Source: Octopus sinensis
Lineage: Eukaryota
NCBI RefSeq assembly: GCF_006345805.1
Contig: NW_021825323.1
Coordinates: forward strand, 930,001-994,000
Reading direction: 5' to 3'
DNA: 64,000 nucleotides
The position numbers were made by a program, and so were the translations under genes. Position 1 is the first letter of the stretch. Every line of letters begins with the position of its first letter. Shown here in pieces: positions 23,045-37,226 of the stretch. The notes beneath the pieces are model-generated. The model was not told the origin of the DNA and did no database searches. It saw nothing but the letters and a program-made list of their open reading frames with translations.

Positions 23045-24395
23045 AACGTTAGTATTGTCCATGTTCACCATGTTCATGGTTAGAAGCCATTCCCCGAGTT
23101 TTCCCGGTGCAATCTCCAATAGTTTGAGGAGCGCAGATTTGTCAGTCGACACAAAGTCGACGTCATCAGGGTAAATTACTTTGGTGATTGACACTTTATA
23201 TAGGCTTCTCTGCTCTTGCAAAGTAGCCTCGAAGTAGATCATAAATAGTAGAGGCGAGAAAGTCACCCTGAAGAAATCCCACGTTTATCGAAAAAAATCT
23301 GGACGATGTTGTCCCAAGGGAAACAGTGAGATCCATTTTTTTCAGTCATTTGTGGTAGCATCTTCGTCTAGGAAACTTCTTAGGACCTTCATGAGCAAAT
23401 TTCGATTAATGAAATTGAAAGCTCTTGATATTCGAATATTCAAAATTTTTGTGGCACTTTTGTATCTATAGTGGGTTGCGCACTGCCATCGGTGACTTCA
23501 CGGAACGTCCTTCTCTGAATCCGCTATCATTCGGAGACAGAAAATTGTTGACTCTGTCCTTGATAAGATCTAGCACAATCAATGAGAGAATCTTTCACAG
23601 GGAATTTAGCAAAATGACTGGGCAGAGGTTTTTTACTAAGCCGACATGTTTTCTTTGACTTTTGGATTGGAAATCAAGCAGGAGTAGGTCCTTCGTTGCA
23701 AACATATTGTTGATGATGTTCTTAATGTTGCGTAAAAGAAGCCCGAGTCCATATTTCAAAAGCTCCACACTAATGTAGTCCGGTCCCGCTGCACAGTGGT
23801 TTTTGAACCTGCTGACTGCCTTTGTAACGTCTTCCAGATTGATTACATTCCTCAGGATAGAGATTGGATCACTGTTTGTGTAAAATCGTTGTTCAAATAA
23901 GTCCGCTATAAAGCTCACTTGTTATACTGGATCAGAAATTTCAATCCCTTTGTTGGTTTGGAGCTGCTCTTATTTCTCTTAAACAGCCATAATGCCATAA
24001 ACATTTGTGCATTAGCTTTGAAAGTTTCCGATTCTTTGAGACGAGAAGTCAGAATATCTCGTCCGTATTTAGATTTAGCTTGTCGGCCTTTTATGCACGT
24101 TTGGTATTTGTATTTTTAGTGTTCTCAATCATCAACTCATGCTCGTTTTGTTCAACCAATAAAACAAAAACATTTAGATTGCATAGTCCATTAGAGTGCT
24201 TGTTCTGCAACTGTTTTCCACATATTTATCTGCGGCCAGGTGGATGCTGATAGCTTTCCAAGCGTCGGAAGGCATTTTTCCAGTCTCCATGTTTTTAAGC
24301 GATTCTTCAATAGATGATTTATACAGATTAATCCAAATAATTTGTACAGATTGAATCGGCCGATGACCACTTTGTGATTGCTTTTAAAGAGTGAC
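23045..24395 (-). mobile_element. Degenerate RTE-like LINE
   Basis: SNHKVVI (APE end), AAGPDYISVELLK, NLCPVILLNSL, SGFREGRS, SPLLFMIYFE, IYPDDVDFVS; many frameshifts. Confidence 0.8.
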
Positions 24396-24496
24396 CCCCA
24401 TATGAAAGAGAAAGAATTTTAATTATTAGATTAAGTTAATTTATCTGTATAAATTAAATTATTTAATTTAGTTGTTGTGTACTACATAGATTACAA

Positions 24497-24850
24497 ATGA
24501 CATTGCTAAAAAACTCAAATTTAATATTGAAAAACTATTTATTACGTAATAATTCACTACATGCATCCATTTGCCGAAATCGTGGAGTTTATAAGCGTAC
24601 ATATCCATGCCTTTTAGTATTTCTTGACGGTTCGACTACTTATATAAGATATCACGAACCTCGAAAAATAATCCGGGTATTATAATCATTTTTAATGAAA
24701 AAGCTACCTTTTAATATTGGAAATATGTCAGAAAATGAGAAACGCATTCATGTAAATAAATCCCGTGAGAAAGAAAAAGTTGAAGTTAAATTGGAAGAAG
24801 ATGTCGAGTTCGACTCTGAAAAATATGACTTTTTGTTTGATAAAATTTAA
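24497..24850 (+). CDS. MRPL55: Mitochondrial ribosomal protein L55 (bL31m)
   Basis: ASICRNRGVYKRTYPCLLVFLDGSTTYIRYHEPRKIIR|LPFNIGNMSENEKR...FDSEKY matches the Y.R.YP...DGST..IRY.EPR motif; 27-nt intron at 24677-24703. Confidence 0.88.
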
Positions 24851-25219
24851 TATATAAGTAAAAAAAATTTGTTTTTCTTGGTAACCCTTCTCTGTTTGGT
24901 TTACAAATTTATCACAATTATTCAAAACAAATTATTGAAAAATGTTAAAAATATCTTAAGCCACTAAATTTGCACTTTTTATTATTTTAAAAATAAACCA
25001 TTTCTTTTAATTTACAAAATTTTAATACAACGGAAACTTGAAATATTTGACAAAAATATAAGAAGATCAAAAATGCAGATTTTAAAAAAAATTATTAAAA
25101 AATTTTTTCGAGTTAAACACGCGCTTTTTACAACAGTTAAGCAACAGCATTTTAGCCTGAGTTATAGTCTAAACTTTTGTGAATCAGGCATAAAACTAAC
25201 GATTTGACTTATCCGATAA

Positions 25220-28200
25220 TATGACTGTCTGATGTGGATTTTATAAAAATCATCTGTTTATGGGTAGGGATGGTAAAATATTGTATTTTAATCCTTTATG
25301 TTAATAATATTAATGAAAACCTAATTATTTATTTCAAATTATTTACAATAGATAAATTTTAAAATCACTACAGTCATGGTGGACAAGTATTGTAAATGAT
25401 ATCTAATCTTAGCATACTTGGAAATAAAGGAATAAAAAATGAAAATATTATCACATTTATCAAAAATAAATCATCTTCATTTGTAATTTAATTTTAATCA
25501 TTAACAGGGCTTGGACGTGGTAAAAACAGCTAATTTAGTTATCTCTTATTTCAAAAGACATCTTAACATTGACGTGACTGCTTCATCTGTAAGTTTTGAG
25601 TACCTCATATTAGCTATCATTTAATCCCTCCCCAGAATACGACCGACAGTTTGTGTTATTTCTGTCTACAGAGAGAACTGTAGCATTGCACGTGCTCTCC
25701 CAAATGGTTTGAAATTTATTTTATTTAAAATCATTTTAGATGACTGGAAATAACAACAATTTTAACGAAATTATTGAAAAAGTTTTTTCTCAATAATTTT
25801 CTAGATTATTTCAAATTTTTCAAATGACAGTTTCTTGAATGGAATATATTCGTGTCCTTATGAGACTGTATTTATTTTTATTTAAATATATAAACATATA
25901 TATAATAATGTATCACAGAGACATCAATTGTGGCTCCAATTGCTCACAGAAAAGGTATTTATTATTATTTTTTGTTAAGAGGATTTCCCTTGAAATAATT
26001 TTGATTTATCTTTCAAAAAACGTCTCCACGGAAAACTATTTTTTCAAATTTTTTCCAATATTAAACAAAGTACTAATACTATCTTATAATCCAGACTAGT
26101 ATGTTCTCGGATGATGATTTATGTCTTCCTGCTAGCATTTCAACGTAATTCTTATTTCATATTTCAGTACTCTCACCGACCTGGTCTTGACTGTCATGTT
26201 TGTAAGATTACTGAATTTGGATTCTATTATTGCAAAAATAAAAAAGGCTGGGAATTATTGCCCAATTTCTGAATTGGTGATGCTCAAATGGTTTTTTGAC
26301 GACTCGGAGACCACTGAAGGAGATCTTGTCGATATTTATTTTTATAAACTGTTCCGAATACTAAAAAATAGTGGAATGAGTCAAATGGTTAGTTTTCTTC
26401 ATTTAAAATATTAAAAATAAGTCAAATTTTACTTTAAAAAATGATGAAATGATGTTTATTTTGGTAGTGTTTGACTGAAAAGGACATATTTGAAAGATCC
26501 CTAAAAATAGTCATCCTCGAATTACTCGAAGCTGTTCTTTCTACAAATAGACTACGTCATGTCCCGACTGAGGTATTCAAATTTTAATTTTTTAAAGATT
26601 TTTATCGACATTTTGTCTCTTTGTCCTTATAAAGATGGTAATTACGTATCCATTTGTGCATTTATATATCGCCTGCAAAGACTGATCCCAGTTTGTATGG
26701 ATTATGCCAAATTATTGACATGTCAGACTCAAGTTCTGGTACTTTTATCTATGATCATGATAGATCCCATCATGTGCCTTGCTCTACGAAAAAACGTGTG
26801 ATTTATATGTCGACGATGCTCATGTCGTAATGGAAGGAGCCAATTGGAACAGCAGAAATTCGATATTTGGGGGTTTTTGATAATTCTATTTATTCAATCA
26901 CTTAATTTAATTGTTTTTAGAAATAATTGACATTCCAATTGGAACTGTGGGGAATTTTTCGAGCGATTTTGACGAGAGTAAAATATTTGATTACATTCCT
27001 AGACCTTGATTTGGTGATTTGGGAGTACCCCTGTAACCTGGTACACCTCAGTGCTTCGTTGCTTCTACTTTTTCAAGGTATTTTGCAATTGGGTGACTCG
27101 AGACACGGATTTTGAGACTTTCGATGAGCGTATGGTATCTTCGCTGTGCTGTGTTCTCAAAATGATTGCTGGTGGCTCGTCCAGTCAATACATCCTCTCT
27201 ATGTCTGAGGCTGAACTAACACTGGAGTCTCTTGCAGTCTCAATAATGTCTAGGTTTGTCTTTTAAGAAATTTTGTGAATAATTTCATTTTGTAACTTTC
27301 ATTAGTTTTATCCAATTTGGCTCTGACTTTCAGGGATGTGAACAGCTAATGCCCTTAGTATTGAGACTTTTTACTAAATCATTGATCGAGGGAAACTCGG
27401 TAATGTTATTATTTAGTATTTTTGCTTAGAGCATAGAATTTGTTATTAAACGAGGATTTTTTGCAGATTTTCTGAAAATGAAGGAAATATTTGACTATGA
27501 TATTCGTTTTGAACAAAACGATTTTATTAGTGCGTTATTTAATCTTTTGTATGTTTATATCCACGTATGTGACTGTATTAATGTGCAGAATAGTCAATCT
27601 GTTGACCAAATTTGGCTGACAGAAATGGTCAATTTTATTTTCAGCTCAATTTGCTCAATGGCAGGTAATTACGATTGTTGGGAGGAAAATGCAGCCTATA
27701 TTGAATTGAGTTATGTTTCCTTTTTTATTTTAGTTTCCATATTTGCTACATTTAGTCAGGAAATATGTGAAATTTATCCAGAATTTATTGGACAAGCAGT
27801 GACTGGATTTTTTAGATCAAATTTCTATTTTTCGGAGAGCAATTCGGGTGTGACGAATTTGTTTGATTTGATGATTTTAAATGAATCTACGCTTCATTTG
27901 AACTTGTTTTTATTGGCTTATATTACTTGAAGTTTGTGCGACTGTCCTCAGCGTAGGCTGTTTGATCGACTCATTAAACTATTTTGTACATGTTTTATAA
28001 ACACCAATTTGGAAGAGAATGCGTCACTTGGATTTTTGCTCAGAATTCTCCCACATTTGATTGTTTCATGTGACGAAGTTAACTGCGATAGTCTTAATAT
28101 GTATTTTACAGCACTTAAAATAATTATAAATGTATTAATTTCTATCTTATTTATAGTTTTTTGATGAAGTTGAGAGTGAACGTTTTAATATTCACCTATT

Positions 28201-30766
28201 TATGTCTCGATGTTCAGCAATTTTGAAAGTATTTTCCTATTTTCTGATAGAAGTCGACTAATTTCAGTTTACAGGTTTCTGTTCTCGGTTTTTGGAATGC
28301 TCTTTACTGCAATTCTCCAAAAATTTTTCGAGCTTAAATGAGGTTTCCATTTAATCAACATTTTAGAATTTCATTGTCCAAAATTCAATAAATTCAGTGT
28401 TTAAAAATATAGTATTTTTTATAAAAATTGTTTATTCTAGCACAAACATAACATTGAGAATATTCCATTATTAGAATCAGTAATCAGATTATACAAAAGT
28501 GTTTTAATTCAAGAATGTGACAGTCAGCTTAAGCACGATTTGTATTAATTATATCTAAACTTTTTTAGCAAACATTCTTGTAAGGAATTGATAATCATTT
28601 TGTCAAATCGTCTTGAAAATGTTATTTTTTGTATATTTAGTATTAGAACTGTGAAGATGCCGATATTTTGTTTTTATGTGATTTATTTGGTATAATTTTT
28701 TCCCTTCCTCCCCCTTTGGATGAACATTCAACACGCAGTCTATTTTATTCGATAGAAAAAGCATTTGAGTATATAAATCAGGCTGTTTATATTTCAAATG
28801 AGATTGAACTGAACAAATATCACATTTTCTTTACAGCTTTTGAACAATTCATAACTTCCAGTCCATCTAATTGTGTAATCTGTGATCATCTGGGAGAGCT
28901 GATCAGTAATTTAACGACCTCGACTCTTCTTTCTAAAGATTTGTACTCCAAGAGCTCGATTGATTGTGTTTCTTGTGCCTTTTCTGCGTTTGTTTCATTC
29001 GTAGTCAGGTATGATATATTAAGTTAGGCATTTAGTAAATTCGAGATTCAAAATATCGATTGTTTGGATGTCTGTTTAAAGTCAATATTGAATATTGCTG
29101 CGAAACTGACACCAAGCAATGGAATGCTTCAATGTGGACCAATAACTCAAATACTTTGCTCATTCATGTCAATATGGAAAATTTATTCTGAGATCTCCCG
29201 GATTTGCAAGTTTGAATTGAGGCCAGTAGTCGTTCTCTGTCTTAATTTGCTGTCAAATTTGCCCGTTTTGAATGAATTAATGCCTACATTTGAGTTCCAC
29301 TCGTTATTGGAGATTGTTCTCTTCGTATTGGCTTGTTTCCTGAACGATGATGTGCACTCAGCGTTGATAGAGTATCAAACATTCGAGCATTTGGTGACTA
29401 TTATAGTTGGGACTGTATATTGATGTTTTTAGTCTGATGTGTCAATGTTCTCGGTCCATTGGACAGGTGTAATTGCAATAATCTCCCAGGCTTCTAAATG
29501 GCCCAAGGTTTAAGTTTGCTAAATAAAAATGTTAGATTTCCTCCATTTTGTTGAAATCTCGCGTATTTGACTCTTTTTCGGTCAATTTTATGGTTTTAGT
29601 TAGTTTGTGATGTTCAAGCAAGAGAAATGGGTGGAAATGGGGAGATTGTTGCTGCTTGTTGCATACAATTGTGGAAACAGTGCTATTCCAGTATTAGCAA
29701 ACTTTGTTGGAGTGACAGATAAAGAATTTTTCTCTGTTTTTTATTTTCTTTAAATTGGTCAGAAAATAGAAAACGTGGTTGCCATGCCAGTCAAAGGAGG
29801 AGAAGAAATGTCCCCTGAGGATGTTTTGGCTTGTAACATTTTTATTGAATTAACTGCAAATTCGAAATATTGGCGGCAATCTGGTATCGTCGGAGGAGTT
29901 TATCACAGAATTATGGTTTTTTATTCGAATAATTAAATTAGCAATTCATGATCGACCAAGTCACAATCTTTGCCAATAACTTAAAAGTATGTATGCCAAG
30001 TGTTCTCAAACGCAGGGTAACTACATGTTTGATATTCCTAGTTTGTCGATACCACTATAACTGCTCTCTATCCATCTATCATGTCTAGTCCGAGTGCTCA
30101 TATATTTAACAGGTAATAATTATATATTCGATATTAAGATATCTCAAAGGAGGGGTCCTTATTCTCCATGGTTTGTCGATGTGTTCGTCTTTTTCTGTAT
30201 TTATGCGATTACATTTCAAGTTATCTGATGTCTCAACATTCCCATCTTCTCATTGTGTTGTACTGACTGAAAACTTTTTCTTAAACACAGATTTTCAAGA
30301 ATCACTTGTACTGATTCTGCAATACAGCCATCGAATTAGGAAATTGGTGAGCAGTTTGGATTAATTGGCAGATTGTCGAAGGTTTATTAGACTCAGAAAA
30401 TGAGTATTGCGATTTTCTTTCTATTTGTGGGTATATTAAATTTGTTGATGTTAAGTGAAAATTTAATGTTATTGATGGAGAAGTCTACTGCTCTAATGTT
30501 TGGAGAGATTTTATATTCAGAAAATATTGGAAGAGACTCGAATGTTACACGTTTGCTGGTGGGATTGTCTGTGTGAGATTTAGGTGCCTCTGCTTTCTAG
30601 AATTGTCAAAAGTTTCAGATGGAAGAGTTTTAGAATATCTGAAGAGCGAACATTATCACTGAGGGATTCTAATAGCTTGTTTTCACCACGTGCTCATCGG
30701 ATTTTCTACTATTCTTTGGCCGAACTCCAGAAACTGTTTCGAAACTCTCCGTTGTTTTTACAATAG
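25220..30766 (+). CDS. NUP188: Large alpha-solenoid protein, probably nucleoporin NUP188; start uncertain; many microintrons
   Basis: GLDVVKTANLVISYF...FLSTERTVALHVL resembles NUP188 GLDE.Q...YY.ER..IL; IPIGTVG...LVIWEY resembles IPQGTVG...LVRWEY; continuous exon/microintron structure for about 5.5 kb. Confidence 0.6.
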
Positions 30767-31263
30767 ACTATGTAAAAGTGTTTTCCGAATTGTTTGTTTC
30801 ATAAATCGAATTATTTTTTTAGATAATACGGATTATTATTGATATATTATACTAAAATGTAGAGTTGGTTCTTAATTATCATTAAAGTGATAGTTCGGAG
30901 TGATATTATTCTAAAAAACATGAAAAAGATAATATTTTCATCATAAAATTAAGGTCTTGAATTTTTTAACAGATCATTTTATATCAGGTTGAACTTATCA
31001 CATTAAAAAATTATTTTATCGACTATTAATTTCACAAAATATTTGAAAAATCTATGTAGCTTGGTCCAGCTCGTTTATATCATTAATATGTCGTCCTTAC
31101 AATTTCTGCTTTAGGGTGCTGGACTGCAAACGAAACAGGTATCCATTTTAGTGTATTTGTTAATAAGAATATCTCACTCCTGGCCGTTAGTTTTATTTAA
31201 ATGTAAAAATAACAAGAACGATGTTTATATAAACATAGAAAACTTGAATTAGAACAGAACGAA

Positions 31264-31580
31264 TTATTTGATTTTATTGATAAGCTGCTTAATTTTACTA
31301 GAAATAATATTAAAATATTACTTTATCTTGTTAAAAATATGATTGACGTCTTTACGCATTGAACGTGCTAGATTTATGGCCTCAGACATATCGTTGGAGT
31401 ATTTAGAAAATGTTTCGGAAGAAACTTGTTGCATCAAATCTGCCTTGGTTAGTGAAATTTCGATTTTATCAATTCTATTTATTCATCTTAAAATGGATTA
31501 CATTTTATTTTGTTTTTCTATAATTTCATTAATGATAGTGTCATCTATTTTTAAAAAATTGTTCATCTGCCACAAGACAT
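31264..31580 (-). CDS. KXD1: KxDL-motif protein (BORC/BLOC-1-associated)
   Basis: Spliced: MSYDTIINEIIEKQNKIIDKIEISLTKADLMQQVSSETFSKYSNDMSEAINLARSMRKDVNHIFNKINKIKQLINKIK; M.KD...IF.KI motif; three microintrons. Confidence 0.7.
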
Positions 31581-31830
31581 TAAACAAAATAATAAATTTT
31601 TTAAATTATAACATTTATAAAAAAAACAAAAATTTTTTTATAAGTGAGGTACTCTCATTAATTAGTGCATGATGCACAATTATGTCAAGATTTATATTAA
31701 TAAGATTTCTTATGATCTGTTTAGCATTATATCATTTAAATTATTTGTTATTTTATTAAAATTTTAATTTAAAGAAAAATAAATTTAAAAAAGTAATTTC
31801 ATCTGTTGTAGTACATTTTTCTTGATTTAG

Positions 31831-32556
31831 ATGAATTTATTCTCCAGGAAAAAACCCGAAGTAGTATTAAGAGAAAATCAACGTATTTTAAACCGAACAA
31901 TACGAGAGCTCGACAGAGAAAGAATAAAAATGGAACAACAAGAGCGAAAAGTCATATCCGACCTTAAACAAATGGCCAATAAAAATCAAATGGTTATCAA
32001 AATACTTTAAAAAATCAATTAATCATATTAAAAAAACAATTATCGCTTAGGATGCTGTCAAAGTAATTGCCCTCGACTTGGTTCGCACACGAAGACAAAT
32101 AAAAAAATTAATAATGATGAAGATAAATATTCAGGGAGTCGCCTCAAAGTTGGTTAGTCTCAAGTCGAATGCTTCCATGGGGAATGTCATGTGTTCAGTG
32201 GCCAAAACACTTTCTGCCATGAACCGACAAATAAATCTTCCTCAAATTCAAAAAATCGCAATGGAATTTGAAAGACAGTCAGAAATGATGGAGATGAAAC
32301 AAGAGGCTATGGATGACGCGATTGATGACGTTGTAGGAGATGCCGATGATGATATTGAGACAGATAAGGTCGTGGAACAAGTCTTGGATGAGTTGGGCAT
32401 TAAGATGACAGCAGATTTGAATGGTATTTGTTATTTGGTCAACTTTTAGCTGTTCAAATACCTTCAGGAGTGACTTCTTCAATGATTAACAAGTTGCCAG
32501 ATGTCCCTTCTGGTGATGATTTGGACGAACGTTTAAGAAATTTAAAGCGGCAGTAA
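31831..32556 (+). CDS. CHMP2A: ESCRT-III subunit CHMP2A (Vps2)
   Basis: LRENQRILNRTIRELDRER, QM|DAVKVIALDLVRTR, MNRQINLPQIQKIAMEFERQSEMMEMK, QVLDELG, C-terminal MIM DDLDERLRNLKR. Confidence 0.95.
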
Positions 32557-32699
32557 TTTAATCTTTATTTCTTATATAATGCTTTCTCTCGTTTTTATTC
32601 AGTCTGTTTTCATTATGGAAACTAAAACCATATTTTAACTAGTTAAGTAACAAAATTATATTTTGTTTTTAATGCACCACTTGTAGTTTTTTAATGTAT

Positions 32700-35415
32700 A
32701 TCTGCTAGAATCGAGGAATAGACTTATAACAGTGTTACTCGGGTTAAATAAATAGATTCAATTTTGTAGTTATTTACCGATTCTGACGAGTCTCTCTTTA
32801 TTATTCAGTCGTACAGATGGCAAACGATAGCTTATACTATCCGTTCATTCGGTAGTGGAAATTGTTTATTCAGCAAAGAATTTAATGAAATTTGATGGAA
32901 ATTTATTGGAGAATAGTGGAAAGTTGTACTGAAGGAACTATGACTGTATGAGTGTAACAATGAAGGCACACAGTCCTCTCCTCACTGTAATTCCAGAAGT
33001 CTTTGAAAAATATTCTGTCAAATTCCTTGCATATATTCATTCAAGTTATTCAGTTTTATTGGCGCATGGCGATTTTACTGAACACAACTCTGTTGCTGCT
33101 GTGTCGTCCTTTGATGTTAATTTTACCGTTTTCCAATTTATTTACATATTCCACTTGATTTAACTATTTCTCACTAGCCATAATTGGTTTGTAATAATAA
33201 GCTCCCGTGGAATTAATAAAGATGATTTTTCAGATGAGACCTGTTTTCATTAAATTATAGGAGTTATTGGGTCTTCGTTTGGGTCGGTGACCACTTTCAT
33301 GCTAGTCTCATGAATAAACGATCTTTCGACGTGCAAAAGTTTGAGAAATATTTGAGTGATGCATCCTTCAGTTTTGTGAGGTTTTCTGTCATATTCTTTA
33401 CGTTACTTGGAATTAAACCTCCTTCATCCTTTAAATTTGGTTTTCGACTAGTAATTTGATGTAAACACTATACCTGCCTTTGGGAAACATGGAAGAGAGC
33501 CTCAAGTAAAGGACTGAATGTACCGAGGGGCAGTCGACTTGTTCGTAGATGTCTATCTTCTTTTGGTAAATAATAGAGTCCTCGAATGGCTTGAATTTTA
33601 GGTTCAAAAAATTTTTATCGGCTTTTAAGCAGGGAGCCGTTTGTTTTTTAATGGATTGTTGCCAAGGCAAATGATATCCGAGGAATACTACTGAGAGATG
33701 GGTAATAATCTATAAGAATAAGTCAAATGCCAACTGTCTGTCAGAACTGGCCGGAAATATTATCACTAGTCAGTGAGAGCACAAAAATTGTTAAACGCAG
33801 ACTTCCTTCAAAGTGCATATATGCAGTACAGTAAACAAAAATAAAAACTGAACAAGAATTTTCTCACAAATTTACTATGAAACAATATAAAAAAAACAAC
33901 TTCTACTGATTTAAAACATTAAATAAAGTATTGTTTATTTGTTGTTTTTCTAAAAAAATATTTATACGGTTCTTCATTCATTGATAATTCAGAACCCAAA
34001 AAAAACTTAAAAAATTTACTTTAATATCTAGTATGTTCTCCATTAGCTCTAATTACATCTAGTATTCGGCCTGGCATGCTATTAATAAGACTTTTTGCGT
34101 ATTCTATTTTGAGTGAATTCCAAATGGATGATATTTCTGCAAATAAATGTTCCTTTTTCAAAAATTCCCTTCCTTTGATTTTTTCTTTAATAAAGGCCCA
34201 AACATTCTCTATAGGGTTAAAATCTGGGCTTTGTGTAGGCCATGGTAGCAATTCGATATTCTTTACTTAAAAAAAGCGCCTTGCTATTGCCGAAGTATGT
34301 TTCAGATGATTGTCATGTTGGTAACTAGGATCTTTATGTTCGATTTTGTTCAGAAATGAAATAATTTTATTCGTTAATATGTTAACATGCAAAGCTCCAC
34401 CCATATTCCCTTTTATCAAAACCAAATTAATGAATCCAATAATGCTCATGGCACCCCATAACATGATAGTTCCTCTACCGAATTTTACTGTTTTTGTCAG
34501 ATTGTTTGTTAAATATTTTTCCTTGCGATTTCTCCATACAAAAGTTCTTCCATCACTATTGTACATATTAAATTTACTTTCATTACTTAAAATAACTCGC
34601 TCCCAAAATATTTTGAGAGCATATTCAATGTTTGGCATAGCGTCAATTATTCAAGTTTACAGGTTTTTGGTAAGAAGTGGTCTTTTCGTGGACGGATATG
34701 CATTCAGACCAATTTTTTATGGTACTTCTTATTGTTTGAGCTGTTACTGATTTCTATTCTTTTTTTGTAAATTTGTTGGCAAATTTAAAACAGTTGAAAT
34801 TGACATCCACTTTTCAAGCCTCTTTAATTTAAAATATTTCTTGAAGATTGAACAACGATGGTCGACCAAACCCGACTTTTTTGTCCGTCAAGCACTTATT
34901 TAAATAGCTTCTGATAATTTTCGATATCATGCCGAGCAATATTTTGATGATATCTTGTATTTCTCTGTATGTTTTTCCAGATTTATATATGCCAATTATT
35001 CTGCCTTTTTCTTCAGATGTTCAATGACCAGCCATGTAGAGAGATTAGAAATGATTGAATTTGAACTAATTTTAAAAAATAAATAATTTACAAGAAAAAG
35101 CATGTTCAGTTTTTATTTTTGTTCACTGTACCTTTTCTCCAACAGATCAGAATCGTTCTTTCTCTACCGGATTAGTGACTATGTCCCTTCTACCCTGTTC
35201 AGCAGATTGACCTCGTAATCCTATGATGCAACGTCATAGACAGCTACGTTAGAAAGGAATTCTTGAACCAAGTCGCTGGGAATGTATTCCATCTCCTTGC
35301 TTTGTTCTGCCAATTCCTCTATTTCGTACAAGATTTGATCGTGTGGCTCGAAAATGTTGAGTACAAAGTTCTAGATGGTGGAACTAAGGCACCAGAGTTG
35401 ACTTGATTTGTGTCA
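32700..35415 (-). pseudogene. Unidentified decayed intron-bearing gene copy split by a Tc1 element
   Basis: Exon-like segments (NFVLNIFEPHDQILYEIEELAEQSKEMEYIPSDLVQEFLSN|DYEVNLLNR|...) bounded by 22-30 nt GT..AG segments on both sides of the Tc1; scattered stops. Confidence 0.4.
33829..35128 (-). mobile_element. Tc1-like DNA transposon, defective
   Basis: 26-bp TIRs cagt(a/g)aacaaaaataaaaactgaaca, TA on both sides; WERVILSNESKFN, MLWGAM, YQHDN, WPTQSPDFNPIENVW. Confidence 0.92.
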
Positions 35416-35416
35416 C

Positions 35417-35650
35417 AAACCTCAGGAATTGTCGGCAAGGACGCGACTCAATTCCTCACTGACATTGGTAAAGAATCTCTTCGAATACAAACGATCGGAG
35501 GGAGACGAGCTGGCTCTTTCAGCGAATCTCGGTCGCAGTGCTCATCGGAAACTGCCATTTAATACGCAGTGAGGCGTCGTTGAGCTGACTTTCAAGCTCT
35601 CGACTATTCTTTGAGCTACTTAGTTTTTCCGTTCTCACAGCACTAAAAAA
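35417..35650 (+). mobile_element. 3' fragment of CRE-like non-LTR retrotransposon
   Basis: TSGIVGKDATQFLTDIGK...ETSWLFQRISVAVLIGNCHLI; short A tail. Confidence 0.75.
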
Positions 35651-35742
35651 TAATTGTATTTCCTACTGGAGGTACTTTTTCAGTCATATCTCAAATATCT
35701 TTTTGGTAAATTTATAACCCTGGCAATATTGCAAAGTTGTTA

Positions 35743-37226
35743 CACCCCTCGACAAAAAATTTGGTTATTTAATCTTTCCTGCTTTTTTTCATTTAAAAAC
35801 GAATAAATTCATACTTTAAGATTTTTTAGATCTTCTAAAATAATATTTATTTTGTATTTATAATTAAAATAGATTTAAATTTTAATATTGCAAGAAATTT
35901 AAAGCATGTCGGCAATTAGGTTAGTGACATAAAAATTGGTTATAAAATTTAAACCGTCAAATTATGCTAGTATTTAGAGATTGATCTTAATAAAAAAATA
36001 TTTTTAGATATAATACTCTCGATTCGTTTATGAAAGGGAAAATAATTGCGCTATACGACTTAAATATGTCATATATTAAAATTTCTAAAGAAACCGGTGT
36101 TCCATATTCAACAGTCGTAAATTTTATCAAGAAATACAATAAAACTGGATCATATGACCGCCAACATGGTTCTGGAAGACTATCAATTTTGAATAATGTG
36201 CCAAATTAATCATTTGGTACGCACATCAGAGGAAAATTCATCTTTAACTGCTTCTGAACTCTCTAATGAAATAGAAAAGTTTTCTGGAACACGTGTCTCG
36301 TCTCGAACCATAATACGAAATTTAAATAAAAATGGAATTTTCGGAAGAATTGCAAAGAAAAACCACTTCTAACAAAAAACACATGGTTTCCAGATTCCAA
36401 AAATTTCTTCAAATTTCAGACCATGATTTTAGATCAATAATCTTTTCTGATGAATGTATTTTTGAATTATTACCGATCCAAAAGAAAAATTCTGCATAGA
36501 AAAATTTGAAATGAATAAATTCGAAAATATTACTCCAATTGTCAATTTGGAAAAGGTAAATTATGATGTAATAAAAAATTAGGGAAAGTCATGGTGTGGG
36601 TGTTTTTCCTATCATGGGGTAGGCGATTTGGTATTTTAGACAAAACGCTTAATTCTGCAAAATATCAATCTATTTTGACCATAATTTGCCATTTCTGTAC
36701 AAAAAATGGGGATTGTTGACTATATTTTTAAACAAGACATCGCTCCCTGCCATACATTAAAAATGATTATTCAATATTTCGCGAAAAAAATATTAAAAAA
36801 TTAGAATGGCCTTCGCAATCTCCGGATTTAAATCCGATAGAGCATTTGTGGGCTTATATGAAGGTTCAAATTAGGCAAAGAAAAAATGAGAACATTCAGG
36901 CACTGAAGGAAAATCTATTAGATATTTGGAATTCTATTCCATCAAAAACACTTGAAAAATTAGTTGAGTCAATGAAAAAAAGGTGTTGGGAGATCTATTC
37001 GGCAAAAGGAGGTTATTCTACATATTAATCTCACAATAACCAAATTTTATGCCAATGAAAGTCGTTGTTTTTTCCAAATTTCTTAGACAAAATTTCAAAA
37101 TTTAAATAATTAAATTAATTTTTATCAATTTTATCAGATTTTAAAATATATCTGAAGAAAAAATTAAATCATTCTTTGTATGAATGAAGTAAGTTGAAGA
37201 TTCACCAATATTTATGTCGAGGGGTG
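35743..37226 (+). mobile_element. Tc1-like DNA transposon, defective
   Basis: About 23-bp TIRs beginning cacccctcgaca, TA on both sides; ISKETGVPYSTV HTH, IIFSDEC, VMVW, WPSQSPDLNPIEHLW. Confidence 0.92.

Noticed and set aside
31811-31833. AG immediately before several ATGs as trans-splice acceptors
   Set aside because: Upstream GT donors at microintron distance explain them as 5' UTR cis-introns (CHMP2A, RPL10); TAG is common in this DNA.
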